Below, piece by piece: positions 1-9,073 of a stretch of DNA of 64,000 bases. The position numbers and the translations under genes are program-made. The first letter of the stretch is position 1. Every line of letters begins with the position of its first letter. The DNA is from an uncultured Collinsella sp. (lineage in GTDB: Bacteria; Actinomycetota; Coriobacteriia; Coriobacteriales; Coriobacteriaceae): the NCBI GenBank assembly GCA_905204415.1, contig CAJKZP010000001.1, positions 3-64,002 of the forward strand, in the 5' to 3' direction. A model generated the notes under the pieces. That model was not told the DNA's origin. It saw only the letters and a program-made list of their open reading frames with translations, and did no database searches.

Positions 1-231
1 GACCGCAGCGGCCGTCGGCGAGCCACCAGGGGTGGAGCCCAACGCCAGCGATGATGCCTGGTAGGCGACGGGCGCGCCCGTTTGCGGCCGAAAAGTCGCG
101 TGGGTCGACCCCGCAGTCAAAGAGCCCCAGACCCGACGCCGCCGACTCACTGGCTGCAGCATCGGGGCCGAGCATCAAATCAAGATGACAATGCGTGTCA
201 AAGAATTGCGGTTCCATCGCAGGACATCCTG

Positions 232-1026
232 CTAGTCCAGGCGTTGGCCGTCGGCGCGTACGCGCTCGGTGCCGCGCCCGCTGATCCGGCGGATAACCTC
301 GCCGGCAATCATCTGACCCATGATGGGCGGCATAAAGCTGGCGGTACCCAACTCGGTACGCTCGTGGATGTTGGACGGGTCGCGGGGTTGGGTCTTAACC
401 GATTCCTCGCAGCTAAACAGCACGTGCAGACTCTTGATTCCGCGCTTCTTACATTCTTTGCGCATGATGCGGCTCATGGGGTCACGTACCGTATCGAAAA
501 TGTCGGCAAAGCGGAGGCACTCGGGATGGAGCTTGTTGGCCCCGCCCATGGAGCTAACCAAACGAATGTCGTGGTCCTGAGCATATTTGGCAATGGTAAG
601 CTTGGCCGAGATGGTGTCGATGGCGTCGACGACGTAGTCGAGCTTGCCACCCGTCTGCTCCAAAACGCTCGCGAAGAACTCGTCGATGTTGTCGCTCAGC
701 AGGTATTCGGTGCGCTTGATAACGGTGGCGGCGGGATTGATATCGCGAATCATGGCATCCATCACGTCCACTTTGCGCTTGCCGATGGTGCTGTGAAAGG
801 CGATGGCCTGGCGATTGATATTGCTGGGCGCGATGATGTCCTTGTCCAGAATGACGAAATGACCGATGCCGCCGCGGGCGAGTGCCTCGCAGCAGTTGGA
901 GCCCACGCCTCCGCAGCCGAGCACCAGCACCGTAGCATCGGCGAGCTTATCGAGTGCCTCGCGGCCCATGATGATCTCGAGCTTGGTGTCGCGTGTCTCG
1001 ACGAGAGCGGCAGCGGTTTCGGTCAT
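232..1026 (-). CDS. tcdA: ThiF/E1-like tRNA threonylcarbamoyladenosine dehydratase
   Basis: VLVLGCGGVGS nucleotide-binding motif, SNINRQ, DYVVDAID, SSMGGANK and DPMSRIMRK, all typical of TcdA/CsdL; GGAGGA RBS upstream of ATG 1026. Confidence 0.85.
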   Translation of the reverse strand: MTETAAALVETRDTKLEIIMGREALDKLADATVLVLGCGGVGSNCCEALARGGIGHFVILDKDIIAPSNINRQAIAFHSTIGKRKVDVMDAMIRDINPAATVIKRTEYLLSDNIDEFFASVLEQTGGKLDYVVDAIDTISAKLTIAKYAQDHDIRLVSSMGGANKLHPECLRFADIFDTVRDPMSRIMRKECKKRGIKSLHVLFSCEESVKTQPRDPSNIHERTELGTASFMPPIMGQMIAGEVIRRISGRGTERVRADGQRLD

Positions 1027-1250
1027 AGACATCCTCCGATGGGGAAGCGAATCGTGTTTTAGCTATTGCCATTATAGGTGTTATCGCGATTCTATTTGAG
1101 CCCTTGGGCTTGTTGAAATGGGATCGGGGTTCGCATAAGATTGAAGCAGATGGCACCCGTTGCAGCGGGTTGGCCAACTCCAAAACACGTTTGTAGCGTG
1201 AGAAGTGGCCGTCTTCGCATTACGCGGGGGCGGCTACTTTTTGAGTGTAA

Positions 1251-1290
1251 GATTAGATAATTAGACAAACATCTAAATATCGAGTATAGT
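1251..1290 (+). promoter_or_regulatory. Putative promoter/autorepressor operator of the sdpR-sdpI-like pair
   Basis: AT-rich TTAGAcaaacaTCTAA inverted repeat overlapping a TAGACA...TATAGT promoter-like pair. Confidence 0.45.
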
Positions 1291-1324
1291 GTGCGCGTCA
1301 TGAGAGATGATGAGAGGAGGTCTT

Positions 1325-1603
1325 ATGCCGGGAGAGGGTTTTAAGGCGCTTGCCGATCCAACGCGACGGCGCATTTTGGAGTTGCTGCGCGAGGGCAATT
1401 GCACGGCGGGGGAGCTTGCCGAGCATTTCGATATCAGTAAGCCGTCGCTGAGCCATCACTTGGCGACGCTCAAAAACGCCGGGTTGGTGACCGACGAGCG
1501 CCATGGCCAAAACATCGTATACAGCTTAAACACCACCGTCATGCAGGATTTGATTGGCTGGTTTATGGGCTTTACAAACACGGAAGGTGATAAGGATGAA
1601 TAA
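1325..1603 (+). CDS. ArsR/SmtB-family repressor, SdpR-like
   Basis: FKALADPTRRRILELL...ISKPSLSHHLATLKNAGLV...GQNIVYSLNTTV; AGGAGG RBS; overlaps the downstream SdpI-like gene. Confidence 0.88.
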   Translation: MPGEGFKALADPTRRRILELLREGNCTAGELAEHFDISKPSLSHHLATLKNAGLVTDERHGQNIVYSLNTTVMQDLIGWFMGFTNTEGDKDE

Positions 1604-2300
1604 CGAAAACAAGGGCATTCACCCCACGGGGGTATCGTCGCGCGTGTGGATTGCGCTGGTCGCTCTGTGCGTCGCCAATGTCGTAGTGCACCTCATGGTG
1701 ATGCCGAGCTTGCCTGCGCAGATTCCCACGCACTGGGGCGCGAACGGCGCCGTCGACGGTTGGGGTCCTAGCTGGATGGCCTCCGCGCTCGGCGTGCTGC
1801 CTCTGGCGCTTCTCGCAATGTTCTGCGTGGTGCCGCGCATCGACCCCAAAGGTGAGGCATATCGAACCTCGGGCAAGTTCTACCAGGGCTTCGTAATCGC
1901 CTTCACCTTGTTCATGTGCGCCATAAGCTGGCTGGGAGAGCTTACGGTCTGGGGCGTGGTGCCGGCGGTCGGTTCGGTTAACGTGCTGATTTCCGGTGTT
2001 GTCGGTTTGCTGTTCATCGGCGTAGGCAACTACTTGCCGCGTGTGAAGCAGAACTATACGCTCGGTATCAAGACACCTTGGGCGCTTGCCGATCCCGAGA
2101 ACTGGCGCCGTACGCAGCGTTTTGGCGGCGCCTGCTTTATGGTGCTGGGTATTGGCCTGATTGTGATGGGCGTGGCAGGCAGCGTACTTTCGAGTGAAGT
2201 CGTCGCCGCGGTGATTGCGGTTCTGGCGTTTGGTTCGGTCGGAGCCATCTACGTCTACTCGTATCTGCTGTGGCGCAAATCGCAGCGAGCCGCTCGTTAA
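1596..2300 (+). CDS. SdpI/DUF1648 family membrane immunity protein
   Basis: LPAQIPTHWGANGAVDGWG (DUF1648) and GNYLPRVKQNYTLGIKTPWALADPENWRRTQRFGG (SdpI); several TM segments. Confidence 0.88.
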   Translation: MNNENKGIHPTGVSSRVWIALVALCVANVVVHLMVMPSLPAQIPTHWGANGAVDGWGPSWMASALGVLPLALLAMFCVVPRIDPKGEAYRTSGKFYQGFVIAFTLFMCAISWLGELTVWGVVPAVGSVNVLISGVVGLLFIGVGNYLPRVKQNYTLGIKTPWALADPENWRRTQRFGGACFMVLGIGLIVMGVAGSVLSSEVVAAVIAVLAFGSVGAIYVYSYLLWRKSQRAAR

Positions 2301-2471
2301 GGTTGCGGAAAACTAGCGTACGCAGTTCATAGTATGTTCCGGGGGACTTTTCCCAGGTAGTATTAGGGGGTGTGGGCAACCATGCCCCTTTTTATTAGAA
2401 CGCGCGAACTGCCTCTCCGCTTTTTCCAAAACGGAGAGGGGGAGAAGATTTCCGCAGCTAGATAAGGAGAA

Positions 2472-4157
2472 ATGACTGTGGCGGAGTTCATTTATCAGAT
2501 GTATCAGGCTCGCAAGGCCCATGGCGACAAGGTGATCCTTGACGACGTGACCCTGAGCTTCTACCCCGGTGCCAAGATCGGCGTCGTGGGTCCCAACGGC
2601 ATGGGCAAGTCGACCCTGCTCAAGATCATGGCCGGCATCGAGGAGGTCTCCAACGGCGATGCCAGGCTCACCCCCGGCTACACCGTGGGCATCCTGCAGC
2701 AGGAGCCGCCGCTCGACGATGACAAGACCGTCATCGAGAACGTGCGCATGGCGTTTGGCGATATGATCGCCAAGGTCGATCGCTTCAACAAGATCGGCGA
2801 GGAGATGTGCGACCCGGATTGCGACATGGATGCCCTCATGGCCGAGATGGGCAAGCTCCAGGACGAGATCGATGCCGCCGATGGCTGGGATATCGATTCC
2901 AAGCTCGGCCAGGCCATGGACGCCCTGCAGCTGCCCGATTCCGACATGCCGGTCAACGTGCTTTCCGGCGGCGAGCGCCGTCGCGTGGCCCTGTGCAAGC
3001 TGCTGCTCGAGGCTCCCGACCTGCTGCTGCTCGACGAGCCCACGAACCACCTGGACGCCGAGTCGATCCTGTGGCTCGAGCACTTCCTGCACAACTACCA
3101 GGGCGCGGTGCTTGCCGTCACACACGATCGCTACTTCCTGGATAACGTTGCCGAGTGGATCTGCGAGGTCGACCGCGGTCACCTTTATCCCTACAAGGGC
3201 AACTACTCCACGTATCTGGAGACCAAGGCCGCCCGTATCGAGGCACAGGGCAACCGCGACGCCAAGCTCGCCAAGCGCATGGAGGCCGAGCTCGAGTGGG
3301 TGCGCAGCTCGCCCAAGGCCCGTCAGGCCAAGAACAAGGCCCGTCTGGCTCGCTACGAGGAGATGGAGGCCGAGGCCCGCGCAAGCCAGAAGCTCGACTG
3401 GACCGACATCCGCATTCCCGTTGGACCGCGTCTGGGTAACAAGGTGCTCGAGGCCCATCACCTGCACAAGGAATTCGACGGTCGCGTGCTCATCGACGAC
3501 CTATCGTTCACCCTGCCGCGCAACGGCATTGTGGGCGTCATTGGCCCCAACGGTGTGGGCAAGACCACGCTGTTCAAGACCATCGTGGGCCTGGAGCCGC
3601 TGACTTCGGGCGAGCTCGAGGTGGGCGAGACCGTCAAGATCTCCTATGTCGACCAGAACCGCTCTGGCATCGATCCCGATAAGAACCTGTGGGAGGTCGT
3701 CTCGGATGGCCTGGACCACATGATGGTCGGCGAGACCGAGGTCCCCAGCCGCGCGTACGTGGCGAGCTTTGGCTTTAAGGGCCAGGACCAGCAGAAGCGC
3801 GCTGGCGTACTCTCTGGTGGTGAGCGCAATCGTCTGAACCTGGCGCTCACGCTCAAGCAGGGCGGCAACCTGCTGCTCCTCGACGAGCCCACGAACGATC
3901 TCGACGTCGAGACGCTGTCCTCACTCGAAGCGGCGCTGCTCGAGTTCCCGGGCTGCTCGGTGGTCATTAGCCACGACCGTATGTTCCTGGACCGCGTCGC
4001 CACACACATTCTGGCGTGGGAGGGCACCGACGAGAATCCGGGCAACTGGTATTGGTTCGAGGGCAACTTCGAGGCCTATCAGGCCAATCGCATCGAGCGC
4101 CTGGGCGAGGACGCGGCCCAGCCGCATCGTATCCACCGTAAGCTGACGCGCGACTAG
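2472..4157 (+). CDS. ettA: Energy-dependent translational throttle ABC-F protein
   Basis: Two ABC domains (GPNGMGKST, GPNGVGKTT, LSGGE twice) and the EttA linker ELEWVRSSPKARQAKNKARLARYEE. Confidence 0.95.
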   Translation: MTVAEFIYQMYQARKAHGDKVILDDVTLSFYPGAKIGVVGPNGMGKSTLLKIMAGIEEVSNGDARLTPGYTVGILQQEPPLDDDKTVIENVRMAFGDMIAKVDRFNKIGEEMCDPDCDMDALMAEMGKLQDEIDAADGWDIDSKLGQAMDALQLPDSDMPVNVLSGGERRRVALCKLLLEAPDLLLLDEPTNHLDAESILWLEHFLHNYQGAVLAVTHDRYFLDNVAEWICEVDRGHLYPYKGNYSTYLETKAARIEAQGNRDAKLAKRMEAELEWVRSSPKARQAKNKARLARYEEMEAEARASQKLDWTDIRIPVGPRLGNKVLEAHHLHKEFDGRVLIDDLSFTLPRNGIVGVIGPNGVGKTTLFKTIVGLEPLTSGELEVGETVKISYVDQNRSGIDPDKNLWEVVSDGLDHMMVGETEVPSRAYVASFGFKGQDQQKRAGVLSGGERNRLNLALTLKQGGNLLLLDEPTNDLDVETLSSLEAALLEFPGCSVVISHDRMFLDRVATHILAWEGTDENPGNWYWFEGNFEAYQANRIERLGEDAAQPHRIHRKLTRD

Positions 4158-4160
4158 ATC

Positions 4161-4306
4161 GTTACGCGGTTTTCCAAACCGCGTAACTGCTCGACGCTGC
4201 GCGGGTCGCAAGCACCCCATCTTGCCGTTCAAGCCGTCGCTCGCGTACCGAAGTACGCGTCGCTCCTCTTTCACGGCAACCTGGGGCACTTGCGGCCCGC
4301 TCGCTG
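4161..4306 (+). repeat. Structured intergenic element, family 1, copy 1
   Basis: 5' hairpin GTTACGCGGTTT-tcc-AAACCGCGTAAC, then a long nested hairpin with apex GCGTAC-cgaa-GTACGC; homologous to 38939-39085. Confidence 0.8.
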
Positions 4307-4331
4307 TTGGTTACGCAACATCAACAAATAA

Positions 4332-4367
4332 AAACGGCTCAAATCCTGATTTGGATTTGAGCCGTTT
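4332..4367. terminator. Bidirectional terminator-like hairpin between convergent genes
   Basis: AAACGGCTCAAATCC-tgattt-GGATTTGAGCCGTTT. Confidence 0.7.
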
Positions 4368-4371
4368 GTCG

Positions 4372-5679
4372 TTACTGCTCGGGTTCTTCGACTTTATCGA
4401 TAGTCCAGGCGGCTCCGAGACCGCCGGTGGTGTTGCGGCGGATGCGCACGGTGACTTCGTGGCGCTCGCCGGCCTGCGTGCAGTGCAGGGGGAAGCTTGC
4501 GCGGTTTCGCGCGGCCTCGATGGTACCGCGCTCGCGGGCGATCCAGTAGTACTCGCCGATGATGCCGAGCGTGTCGGCGCCGTAGGGGAGATAGGTCGAC
4601 AACTGGTGCAGAAGCGGGCCGGGGCAGAAGACCTCGGTTGCGAAATCGACGGGGAAGTCCTCGGGGATGGCGGGCGCTGCAGGTGCGGGGGTTGGGGCCG
4701 CTGCGGGTGCCGGAGCCGGTGCCGGTGCGGGAATTTGGTCGCAAGCAGAGGTGGGCACGGATTCGATGACGGGTGCGGGCTCCGGCGTCGTTTCCGGCTT
4801 GATTGTGGAATCTGCGGGCTTCACGGTGACGGGCGCGTCTGCAGCTGCAGTTTCAATCTCAACCTGCGTTGCGTTCTCGTTCTCGATGCTCGGCTTTGTC
4901 TCGACCGGCGTGGATGCCATGGTGGTGATGCCGGCGTTGGCGTTCTCGGGGTCATAGACGACCGTGAGCGAGATGGCGGGCTGCGGCGTCTCGGGCTCCG
5001 GCGCCGACTCGGTAGCGTCTTGATCTGCGGGCTCGTCGGACTGATCGTCCTCGCCCTCGTTGCCAAAGACATCGCTGTTTTGGAACGCAGGCGTCTCGGG
5101 TTGGTCAGCGGCTTCTTCGGTTGTCGACTTGGGAGCCTCGTTGAGCTCAGCGGTGGCATCCTGCTCGGATATGACTTCGGGATCGGTCGTGGCGGCGATT
5201 TCGGTTTCGGCTTTTGCTGTTACCTCAATAGCGACTTCGATCTCTGTCTCGGGCTCGGGTTCCGGTGCGGCTTCAACCATAGCTTCGGGCTCGGGGCGCT
5301 TAACGTGCTTGGGACGCACTGCCTTGAGGTCCTTCTCGCCGCGCTTTTTCTTTTTGTAGGACTGCTTGGCGCCCTTGGCTGCCTTGGGCTTGTCCTCGCC
5401 CTTGGCAAGGGCGGCATCCCAGGCCTCGTTGGCGATGACGGTGGCATACAGGCGACCGCCCTTAAAGACGGTCAGCTTAATGCAGTCGTCGAGCTCCTCG
5501 AGCAGCTCGCGCGTGGACTCGAAGCCCAGGTCATAAGCGGCCATGTCACCAGCGGCGAGTGCCTCCTCGACCTGCGTCATAAACGTTTGCTTGCCGCATC
5601 CGATTGCATCGCGCAGCAGGCGATACAGATAGATGCGGTTGCCCAGCGAAAGCGTGGGCCTAACTATTGTCTTGCTCAT
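4372..5679 (-). CDS. Hypothetical protein: N-terminal OST-HTH/LOTUS-like domain, long Pro/Ala/Glu/Thr linker, C-terminal globular domain
   Basis: Long ORF with GGAG RBS; DLGFESTRELLEELDDCIKL resembles the LOTUS GF-x3-LL signature; low-complexity middle. Confidence 0.65.
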   Translation of the reverse strand: MSKTIVRPTLSLGNRIYLYRLLRDAIGCGKQTFMTQVEEALAAGDMAAYDLGFESTRELLEELDDCIKLTVFKGGRLYATVIANEAWDAALAKGEDKPKAAKGAKQSYKKKKRGEKDLKAVRPKHVKRPEPEAMVEAAPEPEPETEIEVAIEVTAKAETEIAATTDPEVISEQDATAELNEAPKSTTEEAADQPETPAFQNSDVFGNEGEDDQSDEPADQDATESAPEPETPQPAISLTVVYDPENANAGITTMASTPVETKPSIENENATQVEIETAAADAPVTVKPADSTIKPETTPEPAPVIESVPTSACDQIPAPAPAPAPAAAPTPAPAAPAIPEDFPVDFATEVFCPGPLLHQLSTYLPYGADTLGIIGEYYWIARERGTIEAARNRASFPLHCTQAGERHEVTVRIRRNTTGGLGAAWTIDKVEEPEQ

Positions 5680-5818
5680 GGCAAATCTCCTCTTTACACA
5701 CCAAAGCATCTTACCATCGTGCGGGGCTTGCTACCTCGGCGCCCAAGGCAAACGGGCGCGACCGTTTGCCGGTTCGCGCCCGTTATGCAGGTCGGTTATC
5801 TATGAGAGGCAAACGTGC

Positions 5819-6772
5819 TTAGTTGCCCGATGCCGTGCCTTGGCTCGAGCTGTCAGATGCCGTGCCGGACGCGGTGCCGCTCGAGCTGTTCGAGCTGTTG
5901 GTGTTGCTGCTGTCGGTAGATCCCGTGCCCGATGTATTGCCGCTCGCCTGGTCGCCCGTGCTCGACTGAGAGCCATCAGTCGTTTGGCTTGAGTCGGTCG
6001 TGCCGGATTGCGTGCCGCTGCTGTTCGTAGAGGAATCGGCACTCTGCGACTGATCAGGGGTGTTCGAGGACGAGTCGGTGGATGCGGAGGTGCCCTGCGA
6101 GTCGTCCTGCTGGCTTTGCGATTGACCGGAGCTATCCGCGTCGCTCTCGATCGTGCGCGACGAAAGGATTGGCTCGGGACGCTCGCCCAGACCCTCACCG
6201 GCAGTGGTGATAAGGATGGCGCCAGCGCAGGCGATGACTGCGACGATGGCGATGGCGATCGAGAAGACGATGACCTTCTTTTGCGTCTGGCTGCGCTCTG
6301 CCGCGGCCTTGGCGCGCAGGCTGTTGGGGGCGACACGCGCCGTGGTCGCGCGTCCCGCAACCTGGCGCATCTCCTGCGTGGTCGCGGCGCCACCTAGGTG
6401 CTCCTCGACATCGGGCTCAACGGGCTCGTAGGCGCCGGCAGGGTAGTCGACAGCGGCATGCGTGCCCTTGATTGCTTCGGCGCTGGCAGAGATAAAGTGG
6501 CGGTAGACCTGCGAGGACACAACGGTGATAACCGAGCTCACGGCGGCGCCAATTACTGAACCAGCGATACCAATCTTGGAAGCAAGCGCGACGCTCGTGG
6601 CGGCAGCTGCGGCGCCGGCGATGATCTGGGGAATGGAAATGTCGTCGAACAGACCCTTTTTGGGCGCGATGGCCATAGTCTGTCCGATGGAATGGTTTTC
6701 GTGAACGCCGTTGTTGAGTGCGGCCGGTGTCATGACGCGCGTGCGCGGTGCGTCGGTGTACTTGGTTGTCAT
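5819..6772 (-). CDS. Membrane protein with Ser/Thr/Gly-rich C-terminal tail
   Basis: GGAGG RBS; hydrophobic segments (IIAGAAAAATSVALASKIGIAGSVIGAAVSSVITVV; VIVFSIAIAIVAVIACAGAILI); S/T/D/Q-rich tail. Confidence 0.7.
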   Translation of the reverse strand: MTTKYTDAPRTRVMTPAALNNGVHENHSIGQTMAIAPKKGLFDDISIPQIIAGAAAAATSVALASKIGIAGSVIGAAVSSVITVVSSQVYRHFISASAEAIKGTHAAVDYPAGAYEPVEPDVEEHLGGAATTQEMRQVAGRATTARVAPNSLRAKAAAERSQTQKKVIVFSIAIAIVAVIACAGAILITTAGEGLGERPEPILSSRTIESDADSSGQSQSQQDDSQGTSASTDSSSNTPDQSQSADSSTNSSGTQSGTTDSSQTTDGSQSSTGDQASGNTSGTGSTDSSNTNSSNSSSGTASGTASDSSSQGTASGN

Positions 6773-6975
6773 ACGGGGTCCTCCCGGTGTAAATCTGCTT
6801 CGTTTCGTGTAGCCATCAGGGTACCCACCAGATGTGAATCGTACGTGACATTTAACAGATACCATCAACTCATCAATAGCTCACCAAGTTGGTGGGATGC
6901 GGTTACACCCGGCGGTTGAACTACAATAGGGCTTGCTAATTGTGTTGAATGGCGTCTACGCACGGGAGCATTCTT

Positions 6976-8955
6976 ATGAATCTTCACCTTTCTCAGTCTG
7001 ATGGCTTTTTGCGTGTGGCGGCGGCGTCTCCGCGGATTCGCGTTGCCGATGTCGAGGGCAATGCCGAGGTTGCGCTGGCGGCTGTTCGCGATGCTGCCGA
7101 GCGCGGCGTTCGCGCGCTGGTGCTGCCCGAGCTTAACCTGACCGGCTATACCGCGGCCGACCTGTTCCATAACCGCACGCTGCTGCATGCCTGCGAGGCT
7201 GCTCTGGTGCATATCCTCGATGAAACCCGCGAGCTGCCGATTGTCTTTACCATCGGTCTTCCCGTCGCAGTTGCCGATAATATCTACAACTGCGCCGCCG
7301 TGTGCTGTGCGGGTGAGCTTTTGGGTCTTACGGTCAAGAAGTATCTGCCCAACTATGGCGAGTTCTATGAGCGCCGTTGGTTTGCTCCGGCGCCTGCGGA
7401 TCCTGTGTGGGTCGAGTTTGCCGGTCAGGGTCCGGTTCCGCTGGGTTCGGGGCTTGTCTACCGCTGCTGTGATGAGGGCGCCGAGGACCTGGTGCTGGGC
7501 GTTGAGGTCTGTGAGGACCTGTGGGTGCCGGCGCCCCCTTCGACCGAGATGGCGCTTGCCGGTGCGACGGTGTTTCTCAACCCGTCGGCCTCGGACGAGA
7601 TTATCGGTAAGGCAGACTATCGCCGCAGCCTCATCTCTAACCAGAGCGCACGCCTGTACTGCGCCTATGCCTATGCGGACGCGAGCGAGGGCGAGTCCAC
7701 GACCGACATGGTCTTTGCGGGCGAGAACCTCGTCTACGAAAACGGCTCCAAGCTCGCCGCGACCAAGCTGCTTACCTGCGATATGGCCATCGCCGACGTT
7801 GACCTTGACCGCCTGGTTGCCGAGCGCCGTCGCTCGACGACGTGGACGCGCACCGACGATGCGCCGGAGGCCACGGCCGTTGAGTTTTCGTTTGAGGGCG
7901 TGCTGGCCGAAGAACCTGTCCTGCGCGATGCCTGCGATATCGACCGCGTTTTCCCGCGCGCGCCCTTTGTGCCGGCCGACCACGGCGACTTGGCCGAGCG
8001 CTGCGAGACGATCCTCGATCTGCAGACTGCGGGCCTCAAGACCCGCCTTGCCCATACGGGCACCAAGGCGGCCGTCATCGGCCTTTCGGGCGGCTTGGAC
8101 TCCACGCTGGCACTGCTTGTGACCGTGCGTGCCTTCGATGCGCTGGGGCTGCCGCGCACCGGTATCACGGCCGTGTCCATGCCCGGCTTTGGCACGACGC
8201 ATCGCACCAAGTCGAACGCCGAGTCGCTCGCTCGCGACCTGGGTGTGAGCTTCCGCGAGGTTTCGATCCATGCGGCTGTGGAGCAGCACTTCAAGGACAT
8301 TGAGCACGATCCGGCCGTCCAAGACGTGACCTACGAGAACAGCCAAGCCCGCGAGCGTACGCAGATCCTGATGGATCTGGCCAACCAGGCTGGCGGTTTT
8401 GTCATCGGCACGGGCGACCTGTCGGAGCTGGCGCTCGGCTGGGCTACCTATAACGGCGACCACATGAGCATGTACGCCGTCAACGCGAGCGTGCCCAAGA
8501 CGCTCGTGCGCCATCTGGTGCGCTATGCCGCCGATGTCTTTGGCGGGCGCATTGCCGAGGTCCTGCTCGATATCCTCGATACGCCGGTGTCCCCCGAGCT
8601 TCTGCCGCCCACGGGCGACGGCGAGATTGCGCAGAAGACCGAGGATTTGGTGGGCCCGTACGAGCTACACGACTACTTCCTCTACTACCTGCTGCGTTTT
8701 GGCTTTGAGCCGGCCAAGATCTACCGCATGGCGCTCAAAAGCTTCGAGGGCGTCTACGACGCCAAGACCGTCCACACGTGGCTGCGTACGTTCTACCGTC
8801 GTTTCTTCGCCCAACAGTTTAAGCGCAGCTGCCTGCCCGATGGTCCCAAGGTGGGATCGGTGACGCTCAGCCCGCGCGGCGATTGGCGTATGCCGAGTGA
8901 CGCTAGCTCGCGTCTGTGGCTTGCGCAGATCGACGCGCTCAATCCAGTCGACTAA
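6976..8955 (+). CDS. nadE: Glutamine-dependent NAD(+) synthetase
   Basis: N-terminal nitrilase-like glutaminase domain (LPEL, KKYLPNYGEFYERRWF, EVCEDLW) plus synthetase domain (GLSGGLDST, TYENSQARER, GTGDLSE). Confidence 0.95.
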   Translation: MNLHLSQSDGFLRVAAASPRIRVADVEGNAEVALAAVRDAAERGVRALVLPELNLTGYTAADLFHNRTLLHACEAALVHILDETRELPIVFTIGLPVAVADNIYNCAAVCCAGELLGLTVKKYLPNYGEFYERRWFAPAPADPVWVEFAGQGPVPLGSGLVYRCCDEGAEDLVLGVEVCEDLWVPAPPSTEMALAGATVFLNPSASDEIIGKADYRRSLISNQSARLYCAYAYADASEGESTTDMVFAGENLVYENGSKLAATKLLTCDMAIADVDLDRLVAERRRSTTWTRTDDAPEATAVEFSFEGVLAEEPVLRDACDIDRVFPRAPFVPADHGDLAERCETILDLQTAGLKTRLAHTGTKAAVIGLSGGLDSTLALLVTVRAFDALGLPRTGITAVSMPGFGTTHRTKSNAESLARDLGVSFREVSIHAAVEQHFKDIEHDPAVQDVTYENSQARERTQILMDLANQAGGFVIGTGDLSELALGWATYNGDHMSMYAVNASVPKTLVRHLVRYAADVFGGRIAEVLLDILDTPVSPELLPPTGDGEIAQKTEDLVGPYELHDYFLYYLLRFGFEPAKIYRMALKSFEGVYDAKTVHTWLRTFYRRFFAQQFKRSCLPDGPKVGSVTLSPRGDWRMPSDASSRLWLAQIDALNPVD

Positions 8956-9073
8956 GGTTGGCTAAATTGAACCAATACGGGGGTTGCAAGCGTTACACTT
9001 TTGCAATCTGATGGCCCGTATCGCGCGGCGCTCTTGTCGAAGCGCCGCGTTTTTTATATCGAAAGGTGGCACC

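Noticed and set aside
1..231. Possible truncated gene at the window start
   Set aside because: No recognisable motif or supported frame in the available sequence.
4222..5805. Long antisense ORFs (for example 4222-5805, 6865-8514, 34530-36422, 42268-43467, 52811-54529, 60826-62346)
   Set aside because: These are shadow ORFs opposite well-supported genes, expected from high-GC codon bias, with no motifs or RBS.
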